Of a stretch of DNA of 64,000 nucleotides, positions 51,900 to 61,862 are shown piece after piece. The DNA lies in the IMG/VR virus record IMGVR_UViG_3300022413_000009, positions 4,827 to 68,826 of that record. The stretch is one strand, 5' to 3'. Under the pieces are notes generated by a model. It saw only the letters and a program-made list of their open reading frames with translations, was not told the origin of the DNA and did not search any database. Every line of letters starts with the position of its first letter. Position 1 is the first letter of the stretch. Position numbers and translations under genes: made by a program. Source of the DNA: a virus.

Positions 51900-53450
51900 T
51901 CAAGCCCTTTGTGGTATCGGGTAGACGTACCTATCCGGCATCCGGCACATATATAGATTCTCTCTAGCGCGAGTAGCCCCCACGTAGAAGACGCGATGCT
52001 CGTCATCCGGATAGTCGTCTAGGCCTTTGCGCGTTTTTGGGGCCAAAGAGTTCAGAAGTAATACGTTATCGGCTTCGCCTCCCTTGATTCCGTGTATCGT
52101 TGACACGTTCACTCTGGGAGTGCCTTTGATATCTTCACCCCTTCTAAGAACTCGGCGGTAGTAGGCCACCTTGCGTGGGTCGATATTATGCAGAGCGTCA
52201 TACCAGTGCAGGTTCCGGCCAACCTTCAGTCCGTACTTCTCAGTCAGGAGTGCGATGCCAGCCTGCTCTTCTTCCATGCAATCGAGATCCTTGAACCCTC
52301 GTTTGATGTCAGTGTTGCCGCGCATGTGGTTGTAGACGTTCTGGCATTCGTATCGAGAGAACTTATCTCCCTTTCGCATACGCTCCCAGACCTGGATTGC
52401 TCGGAGGTCCATCTCATCAGCGAACGGCTTGCCTTTGATTGAGAACGGTACGCCCAATCGCATGAGAACGAGAGTCAAATCCTTTATCATGTATCCGTTC
52501 CGAACAAGTATCAGCCACTCGCCGCCATCTGCTATGGGGGCATGGATGGGTTTTTCAACGAATTTGACGGATCCCTTCTTGTCAGGATTCGGGCCCCACT
52601 CTTTGTCATATCGATTCTTGATCCGGGAAGTGAATCGATTCGCGTACATCCAAATCTCAGGAGGAAGGCGCCACGACTTCTTCAGCACCTCACGATTACC
52701 TTTAAGGTTGAGGAACGTGTCGAGATCCGCTCCTGACCATCTGTAAATGGCTTGATCATCGTCGCCAGCGATATAGATTTCGTCAACCTCGCTGAACAAG
52801 GCTTCAACAAGGTCCCACTGCTGCCGATTCAAATCTTGTGCCTCGTCGATGATGGCAACCTTGACGCCGGGCAAGGCTCCAATCGGAATCGCTGCGTCAA
52901 TCATGTCACTGTAATCGAGTAGTCCTTTTTCGGCCTTGTAGATTTCAAGTTGGTTGATGAATTGTTTGAACCTCGGCAGCTTGAGCTCGTGACGAACTGC
53001 GATGGGAAGTGAATTGTAATGTTTCTCAGGATCCATTCGCTTCGCTCGAGCGAGGCAATACTGATGATAATAGGCGTCGCCTTCCTGCTGCCCCGCTGGG
53101 ATGGCGTCAATATCATCGGTCATATCTCTACCACCGTAGAACTTCATTCCAACCATGTTAGAAATTGCCTGCCAATCGTTCCATTGCATGACATCAGTCT
53201 TCGCCAGCTGTAGCCTGCGATATCCGAGACTGTGGAGGGTGCTGAAGTACGGGAGTTTCTTTGGCGTTAAATGAGGGAACTTCTCAATCGCTCTGTCACG
53301 AGCCTCGTATGCCGCCTTCCGTGTAAACGAGCAGAAGGCGATTTCATCTGGTTGAACACCATCCTGCAATTTTTCATCGACGATTTCGAGAAGTCGTGTC
53401 GTCTTGCCCGTGCCTGGCGGCCCCAATATCACCATCTGCTTCGGACTCAA
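51900..53450 (-). CDS. UvrD/Rep/PcrA-family (SF1) DNA helicase
   Basis: 516 aa; Walker A ILGPPGTGKTT, motif II IIDEAQD, motif III GDDDQAIY, motif VI VGATRARENLY. Confidence 0.7.
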   Translation of the reverse strand: MSPKQMVILGPPGTGKTTRLLEIVDEKLQDGVQPDEIAFCSFTRKAAYEARDRAIEKFPHLTPKKLPYFSTLHSLGYRRLQLAKTDVMQWNDWQAISNMVGMKFYGGRDMTDDIDAIPAGQQEGDAYYHQYCLARAKRMDPEKHYNSLPIAVRHELKLPRFKQFINQLEIYKAEKGLLDYSDMIDAAIPIGALPGVKVAIIDEAQDLNRQQWDLVEALFSEVDEIYIAGDDDQAIYRWSGADLDTFLNLKGNREVLKKSWRLPPEIWMYANRFTSRIKNRYDKEWGPNPDKKGSVKFVEKPIHAPIADGGEWLILVRNGYMIKDLTLVLMRLGVPFSIKGKPFADEMDLRAIQVWERMRKGDKFSRYECQNVYNHMRGNTDIKRGFKDLDCMEEEQAGIALLTEKYGLKVGRNLHWYDALHNIDPRKVAYYRRVLRRGEDIKGTPRVNVSTIHGIKGGEADNVLLLNSLAPKTRKGLDDYPDDEHRVFYVGATRARENLYMCRMPDRYVYPIPQRA

Positions 53451-55057
53451 AATTCTGTCTCCGGCACCTTAGGATCTGGCGTCTGTTCTTTGTCTTCATC
53501 CGTCCAATCTTTGATGCACCAACATTCACGATTGACTTGCTTCGGTTCTCGCGTGAGCATCAACTGCTTCTTGGTTGCGCCGAGTATTCTCATCATGCGA
53601 TGTAGCTCGTTGCCGCCGTCCTTTGCACGATAGATTCCACGACGTACAAGGAACTCCCAGAATGGCTGGTGCTTGAACCACAAGCATCCATCGTCATCCT
53701 TCCACACCTGGCCCGTATCAATCTCAAGTCGGGTCTCTGCCCCGCCGTGGTTGGTGCAGAAATCTTTCAGCGCCGTGAAGATGTGGCCATACGTTCCTGT
53801 CTCGGGACCGAGCTCTACCCGTTCGGCTGACTCAATCTTCTCCTTCAGCATCGCGTTCCATCTCTGGGGACGTACCTTCATCGGGAACTTGCACATGGAC
53901 TCGGCGAGCTTGGTGATAAACCTGTCTTGGTTCATCAGTTCGCCTGTCTGCAGGGTAATCATCACTCCGTCCACCGCCATGTACCACTCGGGCTTCTCAT
54001 CCACGAGCTCCTTGCCATACGGATCGAGCGTCACAGTCTTCTGCAAAGTGCCGAGCATCGCTTCAAGCTCACCACCGTCGGCAGAACTGTTTCCAATCCC
54101 GTACTTCCTTCCAAGGCATGCGTCCCGCGCACAGACTCGCTTGATTGGATCGTCATCGCATGTGTAGAAATACTTACCCTTTGACAAGCTCTTGGTGATT
54201 TGGATTACCTCAGGAGAGCTGAGAGGCGGGTTTATCATCCTGTGGTTGTATTCTTCAATCTTCTGCTGCCAGTCATCTTGGTATTTCTCACGGAGGTAGA
54301 CACCGATATTGAAGAGCGATTTGTTTCGCGTCCCTTGCGGGAAGCCGCCCTTCGCTGACGCCAGCCGTTGTAGGCAAGGGGGTCCGTCTTTGAAAGGCTT
54401 CTCCAGCTCAGGTATTTCGAGCTTCAAGAAAGCTTCTTTCGAAATCTTTCGACTCTCTGCATTTACCACGAAGTCGTGAAGTTCGACGAGAGCCTTGCCA
54501 TCAACGTCTAGCCCGTATCTATTCGTTGGTCCGGGGCAATTGAAGTACGGCAAGTTGATCCAGTTCCCGACATCTTCTGGTTTGATTATCTTCTGTTTCG
54601 GGAATACTTCAGTGGCCGGGAACCCGAGGGCTTCCGCCATTTTGTTCAACCTGTCACGAACATGCTCAGCCTTCACCGGCTCCTTGAAGAAGACATAGAG
54701 GTGAGCGCCACCGCTCTTGGTGCGGCAGGTTACAAATGGGAGTTGGAGTTTCTGGACGTCTTCGTTGAGCTTCTTCAAGTCCAGGTCATATTCATCGATG
54801 TCCAGCGCGGCAAAGACGCAGCATTGATCATCTCGTATTGGTACGATGCCAAGCCCTGCATCGCCGGCAATATGCTTTTCGAAGTGACTGAGGAAGACTG
54901 GTTCTTTGACTGTCCAAGGTTTGCCGCTTACCTTTTCTTGTCTTGACGAGAGATCCGGGTCGATGTCATACCGCCCGTGTACCCTGTCCAAGCCGTCGAA
55001 TAGCTGACGGAATCTTTCGATGTCGGACTGTACTTCCTTTTCCATCGCCTCCCTCAA
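53447..55057 (-). CDS. DNA primase-polymerase (AEP/PrimPol N-domain with PriCT-type C-terminal domain)
   Basis: 536 aa; AEP motifs hhhDhD (FAALDIDEYD) and SGGAHLYVFF, C-terminal PPCLQRL...GTRNKSLFNIGVYL PriCT-like region. Confidence 0.6.
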   Translation of the reverse strand: MREAMEKEVQSDIERFRQLFDGLDRVHGRYDIDPDLSSRQEKVSGKPWTVKEPVFLSHFEKHIAGDAGLGIVPIRDDQCCVFAALDIDEYDLDLKKLNEDVQKLQLPFVTCRTKSGGAHLYVFFKEPVKAEHVRDRLNKMAEALGFPATEVFPKQKIIKPEDVGNWINLPYFNCPGPTNRYGLDVDGKALVELHDFVVNAESRKISKEAFLKLEIPELEKPFKDGPPCLQRLASAKGGFPQGTRNKSLFNIGVYLREKYQDDWQQKIEEYNHRMINPPLSSPEVIQITKSLSKGKYFYTCDDDPIKRVCARDACLGRKYGIGNSSADGGELEAMLGTLQKTVTLDPYGKELVDEKPEWYMAVDGVMITLQTGELMNQDRFITKLAESMCKFPMKVRPQRWNAMLKEKIESAERVELGPETGTYGHIFTALKDFCTNHGGAETRLEIDTGQVWKDDDGCLWFKHQPFWEFLVRRGIYRAKDGGNELHRMMRILGATKKQLMLTREPKQVNRECWCIKDWTDEDKEQTPDPKVPETEF

Positions 55058-55133
55058 AAACTGGGGAAGACGCTACAATCAACGGAGGGAGATCGTATCC
55101 TGTAGGCCTTCCCCAAACTAGACGAGTCCTCCC

Positions 55134-55916
55134 TTAGAATGCAGGAGGAGCCTCGTCATCACTGCCTTCAGTCTTGTTCAGACTGTCGGTGGCTTCTTTG
55201 ACTTGCCCGCCTTTCACGGCGTCGTGGAACGCTTTGGCCGCTGCTACGACCTCTTCGTCCTCTAGGACTGTCTTACCGGCAATTTCCCAGTTCCACCAAC
55301 TGTAGTCATCCTTCCGTTCAGCTACGACATCTAGCTGATAGGCGTGGCTATACATTGGCGGGGTGAACGTGCCACCCTTCTTTCGTGGGAACTTGATTTT
55401 GTTCATCTGGCTCATCCACCGGCGGCTTTTCTTCACCTGCGTTCGAGTCATAGCGATGACAATCGGTGTTGCTCCGTCCTCTGTTACCAGCAGAACGTAA
55501 TGGTAGCGAGTGTCCATCAACTCGTTCCCGTTCTCAAGCAAGTCCCGATTTTCGTCGTCGCGCGTTGTAGGCGGTGCTTCGTCGGCCGTGTACTCCTGCA
55601 CGAAACCACCACCGCTGTCACGCGGCACCCACTCGACAAAGCCACGTCGGTAGAAGCAGGGGATTACCGTAATGGGACCGGATATAACCGTGTTCTCTAC
55701 CGTGTCAATGAGCATGCCTTCTTCGGCACCCTCAATGTACGCCGCCTCAGTCTTCTTGACCTGGGGCGAGTTGCTTTGCAAAATGGCAAGGAAGGGAATG
55801 GCATACGCTTCACTATCAGCGCCCTCAAAACCACCGCCTTCGTCTTCCTCGAATTGACTTGCCAATACTGGCAAGGTGTCTTTCTTCGCTGCTACGTCTT
55901 TCTTTGCTTCAGGCAT
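55134..55916 (-). CDS. Hypothetical protein (possible ssDNA-binding/annealing role by position)
   Basis: 260 aa ORF between primase and SNF2 helicase genes; acidic tail; no motif. Confidence 0.25.
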   Translation of the reverse strand: MPEAKKDVAAKKDTLPVLASQFEEDEGGGFEGADSEAYAIPFLAILQSNSPQVKKTEAAYIEGAEEGMLIDTVENTVISGPITVIPCFYRRGFVEWVPRDSGGGFVQEYTADEAPPTTRDDENRDLLENGNELMDTRYHYVLLVTEDGATPIVIAMTRTQVKKSRRWMSQMNKIKFPRKKGGTFTPPMYSHAYQLDVVAERKDDYSWWNWEIAGKTVLEDEEVVAAAKAFHDAVKGGQVKEATDSLNKTEGSDDEAPPAF

Positions 55917-55962
55917 CTCGTTCTCCTTTAACGCCCATCATCATTTCTTTCATCGTTACGCC

Positions 55963-56526
55963 CTACTCGGGCCGAGTGATCTTCGCAACCTTAAACGGAA
56001 AGATTCCAAAGTTCTTTTCCCACTCTTCGTCAGTTTCGTTCTCCTCCATGTGTGACCGACAGAACGCCGGCAATGTTCGTGGATGTACGTATTCCTTCTG
56101 ATTGAAATCTTGGCCCTGTTCCTTCAGGGTTTCTACCAACGTCTTAGCCTCATCGTCTTGCCCGACGCCATAGGTGATTTTGAACTCATTGCGAATGAGA
56201 TCGCCGTTGTTTGTCTTGCGGAGCCATGCGAAACACCACGGCTTTGTCTTCTCCGTCATGCCTGCCTTGATGTCTTCTTTGATTCCAACGACGTTGCCGT
56301 TCGCATCTGTATATGACGAACAACCGGCATTGAGCATCGCTTCTGGGAGCGTCTCAAATTGCATCTTGTTCAACTCGTTGGCCTTCTTGCGGGCCATGTC
56401 TTGGATTTCGGCAAGCTCATCTTCAAGGCGGCATTGTCGTTGCACCAACCCCGAAATAGTTTTTATTTCTTCGTCAGTGGGTCCTTCCTTTTCGGCCTCG
56501 TCAGCCAGGTCTTCATAATCTACCAT
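55963..56526 (-). CDS. Hypothetical protein
   Basis: 187 aa acidic ORF in replication module. Confidence 0.3.
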   Translation of the reverse strand: MVDYEDLADEAEKEGPTDEEIKTISGLVQRQCRLEDELAEIQDMARKKANELNKMQFETLPEAMLNAGCSSYTDANGNVVGIKEDIKAGMTEKTKPWCFAWLRKTNNGDLIRNEFKITYGVGQDDEAKTLVETLKEQGQDFNQKEYVHPRTLPAFCRSHMEENETDEEWEKNFGIFPFKVAKITRPE

Positions 56527-56542
56527 TTGTCTTTCTCCCTTT

Positions 56543-56911
56543 CTAGGCGGCGCTCTGAGAGTCTAACCGTCTCTCCTGTGATTTACTCATTCGGATATTC
56601 ACGTCGACAGCGACATACTGCCGAGTCTGCCTATCCCACCTAAGTATGTTGACACGACCGCGATTCATTTCAGCGGCTATGGCTGTGGCTACCCCGATGG
56701 CTACCGGGTCTCCGACAGTGAGCAGGTAATCGTCATCACTGAAGCCCCGCAGTTGACTCCTCAACTGTGCCACAAGTGGTTGGATGGCGATACCGATATT
56801 ATTGGATTGGATCAGAACCTTAAGGTCTCCGTACACCCGAGCGGGTGTTAGGTCGTGCATTGGGGTTCCATCACCTCGTCGCAATTCTTGGACGATGAAG
56901 ACATTGCTCAT
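56543..56911 (-). CDS. Hypothetical protein
   Basis: 122 aa ORF. Confidence 0.3.
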   Translation of the reverse strand: MSNVFIVQELRRGDGTPMHDLTPARVYGDLKVLIQSNNIGIAIQPLVAQLRSQLRGFSDDDYLLTVGDPVAIGVATAIAAEMNRGRVNILRWDRQTRQYVAVDVNIRMSKSQERRLDSQSAA

Positions 56912-56958
56912 ATTGTTCTTTCTCCTAGGGGTACTAATCTAGTGCCTTTTCAAACGGT

Positions 56959-58614
56959 TCACAACCATGTGTCGACATCGTCCCTTGTGATCGTGTCAGC
57001 AAGGCTCTTCTTAGCCCGCAATGCGTTGATAATTCTAGTGTCGATGGTTCCGAGAGTTTCAAGATCGAAATAGGTGACATTGTTCTTCTGTCCAATGCGA
57101 TGCGCTCGATCCTCAGACTGGAGTCTGTTCTCGAGACTGAAGTCATTCGAATAATAGGCCACATATGACGCGGCAGTAAGGGTGAGACCGAATCCACCAG
57201 ACTGCTGTTGACCAATAAAGAAGCGGCACCGGTCATCGTTCTGGAACCTGTCAATCGCAAGGTCCCGATCCTCCTGACCCACCGCGCCATAGTAATTGAC
57301 GACCGTGTCACTGTCGTATTCTTGAGCCAGCATTCGTGTCAGGTTTTCTATCTCGGGAACGAAGCGAGCCCAGATAATCAGCTTGCCGCCCTCTTCGGAC
57401 AGGATGTACGAATCTTCGACGATGTCCTTGATGGCCTTCGCCCTCGGTAGATTCGAGAAATTTGGGATGACGCAGGCTTCGGCTCGTCCTCCGGCCTCGT
57501 TTGGAATGAATCCACCCAGTACCTGTTGCAGACGAATCATCTTCGTGAGCACGTTCGCCACTGTGACGTCATCTGCTTGTGCGAGCTCTAGCTTCGCGTC
57601 CTGCAGAACTTTGTTATAAATTCTGCCTTGGTCCTCCTGCATACCAACGTATCGGCGCTCGTAGAGCTTGTCTGGCAAGTCCAGGCATTCCTTCTTAGTC
57701 ACGCGGTAGGAGACTGCGTCGATGTTTGTCACAAGCTCGTCGAGGTTCTTGTATCCGGTGCATACTTCATACTCTTTCTCCGTCTTCCAGTTCTTCTCTG
57801 TCTGCCACTCGGCGTAGCGATGCTTGAAGGAATGGAAATTCGTGTAGCCTAGGTATCCCGGTCCCAAGAACTTGAACTGAGCGTAGAGATCCATCGGCGA
57901 ATTGGTGACTGGTGTGCCTGTCATAATCGCACGGGAGTGAGCTCGCTTCCCGAGCGTGAGGATTCTTTTGGTGCGGCGTGATCCAGGTGTCTTAATTTTC
58001 GTCGATTCATCCATGATCCAGTAGACGCTGAAGCTGTTTAGGATTTTAGCGATCTCTGTCCCGAACTTCATCGGACCACCTCGCTTCGTTCGCCAGAACC
58101 TCTCAGCGACCCCGAATGCGTCGACGTTGATAACCAGGATCCTGAGTCCGGTGAACTTCGGATCCCAGAGCCTATCGTAATCTTTCCAGTCAGCCGCCTT
58201 CATGTACGAGGACCAGACACAGACTCTCCGTTCAACCCAGTCTGGAAGGTGAACAGGGATTTCCCTGAGGACCCAGTTACGCTGAACTCCATTCGGGGCC
58301 ACTATGAACAGGAAATTGATTTCACCTTTGGCGTACTTCCAGGCCGCGACATCGATTCCGACTTTCGTTTTGCCGGTACCCATCTCCATGAGGTAGGCGA
58401 AATCTTCCAAGTCGCGCGAACGTTCGAACGCGGTGTCCTGGTGGTCATATGGGACTGTTTTGAACTGGAAGTCTTGCGGAGTGATGATGCGCGACAACTT
58501 TCTCTCCTTTCTGAATTCGCAGTCTAACACGACGTAGGGTCTAGTTACGCACAAGAAGCCAGAAAAAAATAAATTTTTTTGGGTTCCCGGGTCACGCGAG
58601 GGCAAAGAACCCAC
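56959..58614 (-). CDS. SNF2-family (SF2) DNA helicase / translocase
   Basis: 551 aa; motif I MEMGTGKT, DExx box WIMDESTKIK, C-terminal motif VI QSEDRAHRIGQ. Confidence 0.75.
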   Translation of the reverse strand: MGSLPSRDPGTQKNLFFSGFLCVTRPYVVLDCEFRKERKLSRIITPQDFQFKTVPYDHQDTAFERSRDLEDFAYLMEMGTGKTKVGIDVAAWKYAKGEINFLFIVAPNGVQRNWVLREIPVHLPDWVERRVCVWSSYMKAADWKDYDRLWDPKFTGLRILVINVDAFGVAERFWRTKRGGPMKFGTEIAKILNSFSVYWIMDESTKIKTPGSRRTKRILTLGKRAHSRAIMTGTPVTNSPMDLYAQFKFLGPGYLGYTNFHSFKHRYAEWQTEKNWKTEKEYEVCTGYKNLDELVTNIDAVSYRVTKKECLDLPDKLYERRYVGMQEDQGRIYNKVLQDAKLELAQADDVTVANVLTKMIRLQQVLGGFIPNEAGGRAEACVIPNFSNLPRAKAIKDIVEDSYILSEEGGKLIIWARFVPEIENLTRMLAQEYDSDTVVNYYGAVGQEDRDLAIDRFQNDDRCRFFIGQQQSGGFGLTLTAASYVAYYSNDFSLENRLQSEDRAHRIGQKNNVTYFDLETLGTIDTRIINALRAKKSLADTITRDDVDTWL

Positions 58615-58860
58615 CGTAGAGATGACACGGTGTGTAGGGTCGTAGGGTCGATCTGGTACTGTTTGACTACTTTTCCAAACACCCCCGCATCATTTGAAAA
58701 ACACCCTACGACCCTAACCCATTGATTTTTTCATACTATGTAGATTTAATTCAAGTCGGGTGACCCTACGCCACCCTACAGCCTTGAGAAAAGGACCGCT
58801 GACCCCCTTCACGGCAGGCGAGAAGCCACCAAAACGCCTACCAGGGACCAGCGGCCAAAC
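58540..58860. repeat. AT-rich intergenic module with GTAGGGT iterons, copy 2 of 2
   Basis: Shares GTAGGGTCTAGTTACGCACAAGAAGCCAGAAAAAAA...TTTTTTT, GTGTAGGGTCGTAGGGTCGAT, TTGAAAAACACCCTACGACCCTAACCCATTGATT and CCCTACGCCACCCTACAGCC with the 10.7-11.05 kb module. Confidence 0.7.
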
Positions 58861-59451
58861 TCAACCAGTCCAGATTCCCGGACGGAGAGTTGCGGCCGCT
58901 ACGTCACGATCGAACTCGATATTGTATCGGGAAAGAATTTCCGCGATAGCGTCACAGTCTCCCTCCATTACATCGTCAGAGCTTACAGCAACCGCCATTG
59001 GTTCAGCAATCATTAGCTCGTCCATGTAGTCGTACCTCGCGTTGACATGCTTCGTCATTTCAGCACGGGTATTCAGTCCCTTTCGCTTGACGAGGCCTTC
59101 AATAGCATTTTGACGATCCCGGTAAACCATCACAGAGGTCATGTGCGGGAACCATCCTTTGAAAATTGGGTAGTATTCGACAGCGACTTTGAACATCCAC
59201 GGGTCATCATGTTTGATGAATGACTTGCAGAAATGGTACAAGTCAGCCTTGTCAGCAGGGCCCATCGGGATGCCCGGAGTCATCTTCCAATGCGTCTTTA
59301 AGAAGTCTTTGATGTCCGCATTCTCGTGATTCTCGTAGTCAGTCCCTTTGAAGGTTCTTCCGACCCATACTCCGTGAGCGCGGATAATGCCCGCAACGAG
59401 AGAGCTGCCGCCACGCGGTGAGCAGAACAGGACTATCGGGTCATTTTTCAT
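58861..59451 (-). CDS. Putative sulfotransferase
   Basis: 196 aa; N-terminal VLFCSPRGGSSLV resembles the PAPS 5'-phosphosulfate-binding loop of sulfotransferases. Confidence 0.35.
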   Translation of the reverse strand: MKNDPIVLFCSPRGGSSLVAGIIRAHGVWVGRTFKGTDYENHENADIKDFLKTHWKMTPGIPMGPADKADLYHFCKSFIKHDDPWMFKVAVEYYPIFKGWFPHMTSVMVYRDRQNAIEGLVKRKGLNTRAEMTKHVNARYDYMDELMIAEPMAVAVSSDDVMEGDCDAIAEILSRYNIEFDRDVAAATLRPGIWTG

Positions 59452-60097
59452 TCAGACTCCAGAGTCCGTAATGCCAATCAACCGAATCATTGTTGGCGTA
59501 GGTCTTCGTCTTATGGTGCATTCGTTCGATTAATCCCTCATCCTCCATGTCACCTTCGCGATATGTCGCCAATAAATACTTCGATCCACTCTCCTTCATC
59601 AACCTGACTGATCGTTGAATCAACTCAGGCGTGTAAAGATGATTGAGAACATAGATGCAAAGGATCAAATCAACGGGATCCCTAAGAACCTCGCGCGTAA
59701 TATCGAAAGGGAGAACATCCTGCCGCCGAGGCATGACATCATATCCTTGATACTCAACATCGTCTGGCAGGCAGTGGTGGATCCAATTCTGATCACCGCA
59801 ACCCATATCAGCGATTGTACGTATGCCATAGGTTCGAATTACCTCAGGCAACCAACCCCGAATTATCCCGGTTGTGTCAAATCGCGAACCCTTTCCGCAC
59901 GGAGTCTCCGGCTTACCGGACTCCCATTCTGTCACGAATCTATTCACCCCTGATCCACTCCGCTTCTTCTTCTTGCTTTCGTTTGCACTCGAAGTAGAAC
60001 GTCGAGTCGACAGCGTGGTTGATTGACAGGATTTCGACTGCCTCAGCGACAGGCAGCTCTGAGAATCCAATAGGAAGTTCCGTGAGTCCCTGCTCAC
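59441..60097 (-). CDS. Class I SAM-dependent methyltransferase (true start probably internal)
   Basis: 218 aa track ORF; motif I IADMGCGDQ; N-terminal about 50 aa is Ser/Thr low complexity and overlaps o-spanin gene. Confidence 0.4.
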   Translation of the reverse strand: MSRDSRNFLLDSQSCLSLRQSKSCQSTTLSTRRSTSSANESKKKKRSGSGVNRFVTEWESGKPETPCGKGSRFDTTGIIRGWLPEVIRTYGIRTIADMGCGDQNWIHHCLPDDVEYQGYDVMPRRQDVLPFDITREVLRDPVDLILCIYVLNHLYTPELIQRSVRLMKESGSKYLLATYREGDMEDEGLIERMHHKTKTYANNDSVDWHYGLWSLNEK

Positions 60098-60224
60098 AGG
60101 GCTGCATCGCTTCTACCGGCTTACTCCTCGGAGGGGGCTCGATCTCCGGTAGGTGCTCGACTCGCGTCGTTCCACAACTCCCTAAAACTAGGGTCAAAGG
60201 GATTAGCAATAATGATCGTCGCAT
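59940..60224 (-). CDS. o-spanin (outer-membrane lipoprotein, Rz1-like)
   Basis: 94 aa; lipoprotein signal with lipobox LVLGSCG; 5' end overlaps 3' end of i-spanin gene in another frame. Confidence 0.55.
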   Translation of the reverse strand: MRRSLLLIPLTLVLGSCGTTRVEHLPEIEPPPRSKPVEAMQPCEQGLTELPIGFSELPVAEAVEILSINHAVDSTFYFECKRKQEEEAEWIRGE

Positions 60225-60594
60225 CTTCGGTAACCTCTACATCCTCACAAACCAGGTCCGACGTTGGCTTAATCAGCTGCGCCGCCCGGATTCCTTCAAT
60301 TAGACTACGCTCTCGCGCTCTTAGAGCTGCGAGATCCGTTTGCAATTCCACCCGTGCCGCTGCATCTAATTCCTCTTGAGCAGCGTACTCAGCGCGAACC
60401 ACACGCTCACGCTCTGCGATCGCCTTGGCGTTAGCTTCTGCGATTGTAGCTCGTTCTTCAAGGTACTTGGCCTCTTCCCACTTTGCCCCCGCAAGGAAGA
60501 CGGCCAACATAGCCAGAACAACCAGGATCGGCTTCCAATAGTTCTTAATGAACCCGCCAACTCCCGGGATGACTTTTAGAATCCAAAGCCACAT
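60121..60594 (-). CDS. i-spanin (Rz-like)
   Basis: 157 aa; N-terminal TM helix ILVVLAMLAVFLAGA followed by long Ala/Glu/Arg coiled-coil, overlapped at 3' end by lipoprotein ORF. Confidence 0.55.
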   Translation of the reverse strand: MWLWILKVIPGVGGFIKNYWKPILVVLAMLAVFLAGAKWEEAKYLEERATIAEANAKAIAERERVVRAEYAAQEELDAAARVELQTDLAALRARERSLIEGIRAAQLIKPTSDLVCEDVEVTEDATIIIANPFDPSFRELWNDASRAPTGDRAPSEE

Positions 60595-61109
60595 ATCAAT
60601 GACTCCTTACCTTTTGTGATGAGATCCTGAATAGATCCATCATTGACGATCCTATTCGTGATGAGACTCTTATCGAATCCCGCTTCACTTGAGTGACCGT
60701 TCTCAGAAATGATTTCCTGACCCGGCCGAGTGATATACAATATCGCGCCACTGTTATTCCTGATCCATTCGGCCTCGTTCTGGAATCGCACATCTGGAAT
60801 GATTAGAGACTTGTGCTGTTGATGTTTCACGTCAGCAATCTTTATCCACAGCTCTGGGTGAACGAGTTCACGACCCCATTCAGTGCCGAGAGTCTGAGCT
60901 AGGTACCTCGGCGAGCGTCCAATCTCCGGAATAGGCTCTTCCTTGGCGACACGGTCATCCCAGATCCGAGAATCTAATCCGAACATCGTTTCGAGTGCTC
61001 GCTTGATCGGATCGGCGAGTCCGTGAATCGTGATGAAATACTCATCCGCGAGTCCTTCAGCGAGTGTCGTTTTGCCGCTACCGGCGGCGCCTGCAATTCC
61101 TATCAGCAT
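60576..61109 (-). CDS. Deoxynucleoside monophosphate kinase (T4 gp1-like P-loop kinase)
   Basis: 177 aa; IGIAGAAGSGKTT P-loop, LYITRPGQE and NDGSIQDL segments parallel T4 dNMP kinase. Confidence 0.5.
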   Translation of the reverse strand: MLIGIAGAAGSGKTTLAEGLADEYFITIHGLADPIKRALETMFGLDSRIWDDRVAKEEPIPEIGRSPRYLAQTLGTEWGRELVHPELWIKIADVKHQQHKSLIIPDVRFQNEAEWIRNNSGAILYITRPGQEIISENGHSSEAGFDKSLITNRIVNDGSIQDLITKGKESLICGFGF

Positions 61110-61861
61110 GCCAGCACCCTATTCAAAGTGTACCATTGGTCTCTATCCCACCCGTCCTTATTGTCGGCGGTCTTCTCGCCTTGCTTCTGCATCCACTGGA
61201 GATAGCCTTTCGGACATTCAGTCCAGAGCGCGTCCTTGTGCTTCCCGAATCCCATTTTCTTAGCCCCCATGAACACCGGGCGCTCGGCATAGGCTACCAG
61301 ATCCTCGACCGTCATCTTCGTTGTCGAACCGTTGAGCATGTAACAAAGGATGAGAGCAGTCACCTTCGCGTCGTGACCAGCGCGATGAGCATCACCAGCC
61401 ACGCTCGTGAAACCTAGCATGTACCGCAGGGCTTGATTCTTAAACGACAGCGCATCAGGCAGCCGATGAAGCGCGAGACGATATGTGCATAGCCAGGCGC
61501 TGCCCTGAACTCCATACGCGCGAGCGAAGCTCTCGTCAAACTCAGCGTTATGAGCGGCGAATAGGTTAGGTTCATCGTTGAACACTTTCGGAAAAACTTC
61601 TTCCGGAGTAGGTTTGCCTTCTACGTCGGCGTCAGTGATGTGATGTATTGCGGAAGATACGTATGGAATCGGTATCCCAGGATTACAGAGGAATGACTTC
61701 GCGTCACCGTACAGTATCCAACCTTCTGTCTGTTGATTGTCGTCGTCGGGCTCATCAAAGATGATGTCTTGATACCCGACTTCACATACTTTCTCGCTTT
61801 CTGGGTCGAATCCGGTAGTCTCGAAATCGACGACCCGGATGGTGGCTTCCTTCAGGTCCAT
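61103..61861 (-). CDS. DnaQ-like DEDDh 3'-5' exonuclease
   Basis: 252 aa; Exo I VVDFETTG, Exo II AHNAEFDESF, Exo III HRAGHDAKVTA. Confidence 0.7.
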   Translation of the reverse strand: MDLKEATIRVVDFETTGFDPESEKVCEVGYQDIIFDEPDDDNQQTEGWILYGDAKSFLCNPGIPIPYVSSAIHHITDADVEGKPTPEEVFPKVFNDEPNLFAAHNAEFDESFARAYGVQGSAWLCTYRLALHRLPDALSFKNQALRYMLGFTSVAGDAHRAGHDAKVTALILCYMLNGSTTKMTVEDLVAYAERPVFMGAKKMGFGKHKDALWTECPKGYLQWMQKQGEKTADNKDGWDRDQWYTLNRVLAC

Positions 61862-61862
61862 G

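Noticed and set aside
51640-51900. Additional tRNA or ncRNA between the last tRNA and the UvrD helicase gene (contains GGATTCGAG and a GCGTTG...CAACGC stem-loop)
   Set aside because: No TGG/acceptor/T-arm arrangement could be assembled. It is more likely the 3' UTR or terminator region of the helicase operon.
10700-58860. The two about 300-bp repeat modules as terminal redundancy or an assembly duplication of the genome ends
   Set aside because: Sequences flanking the two copies are unrelated (XRE regulator/terS versus sulfotransferase/SNF2 helicase). They are therefore internal dispersed repeats rather than duplicated ends.
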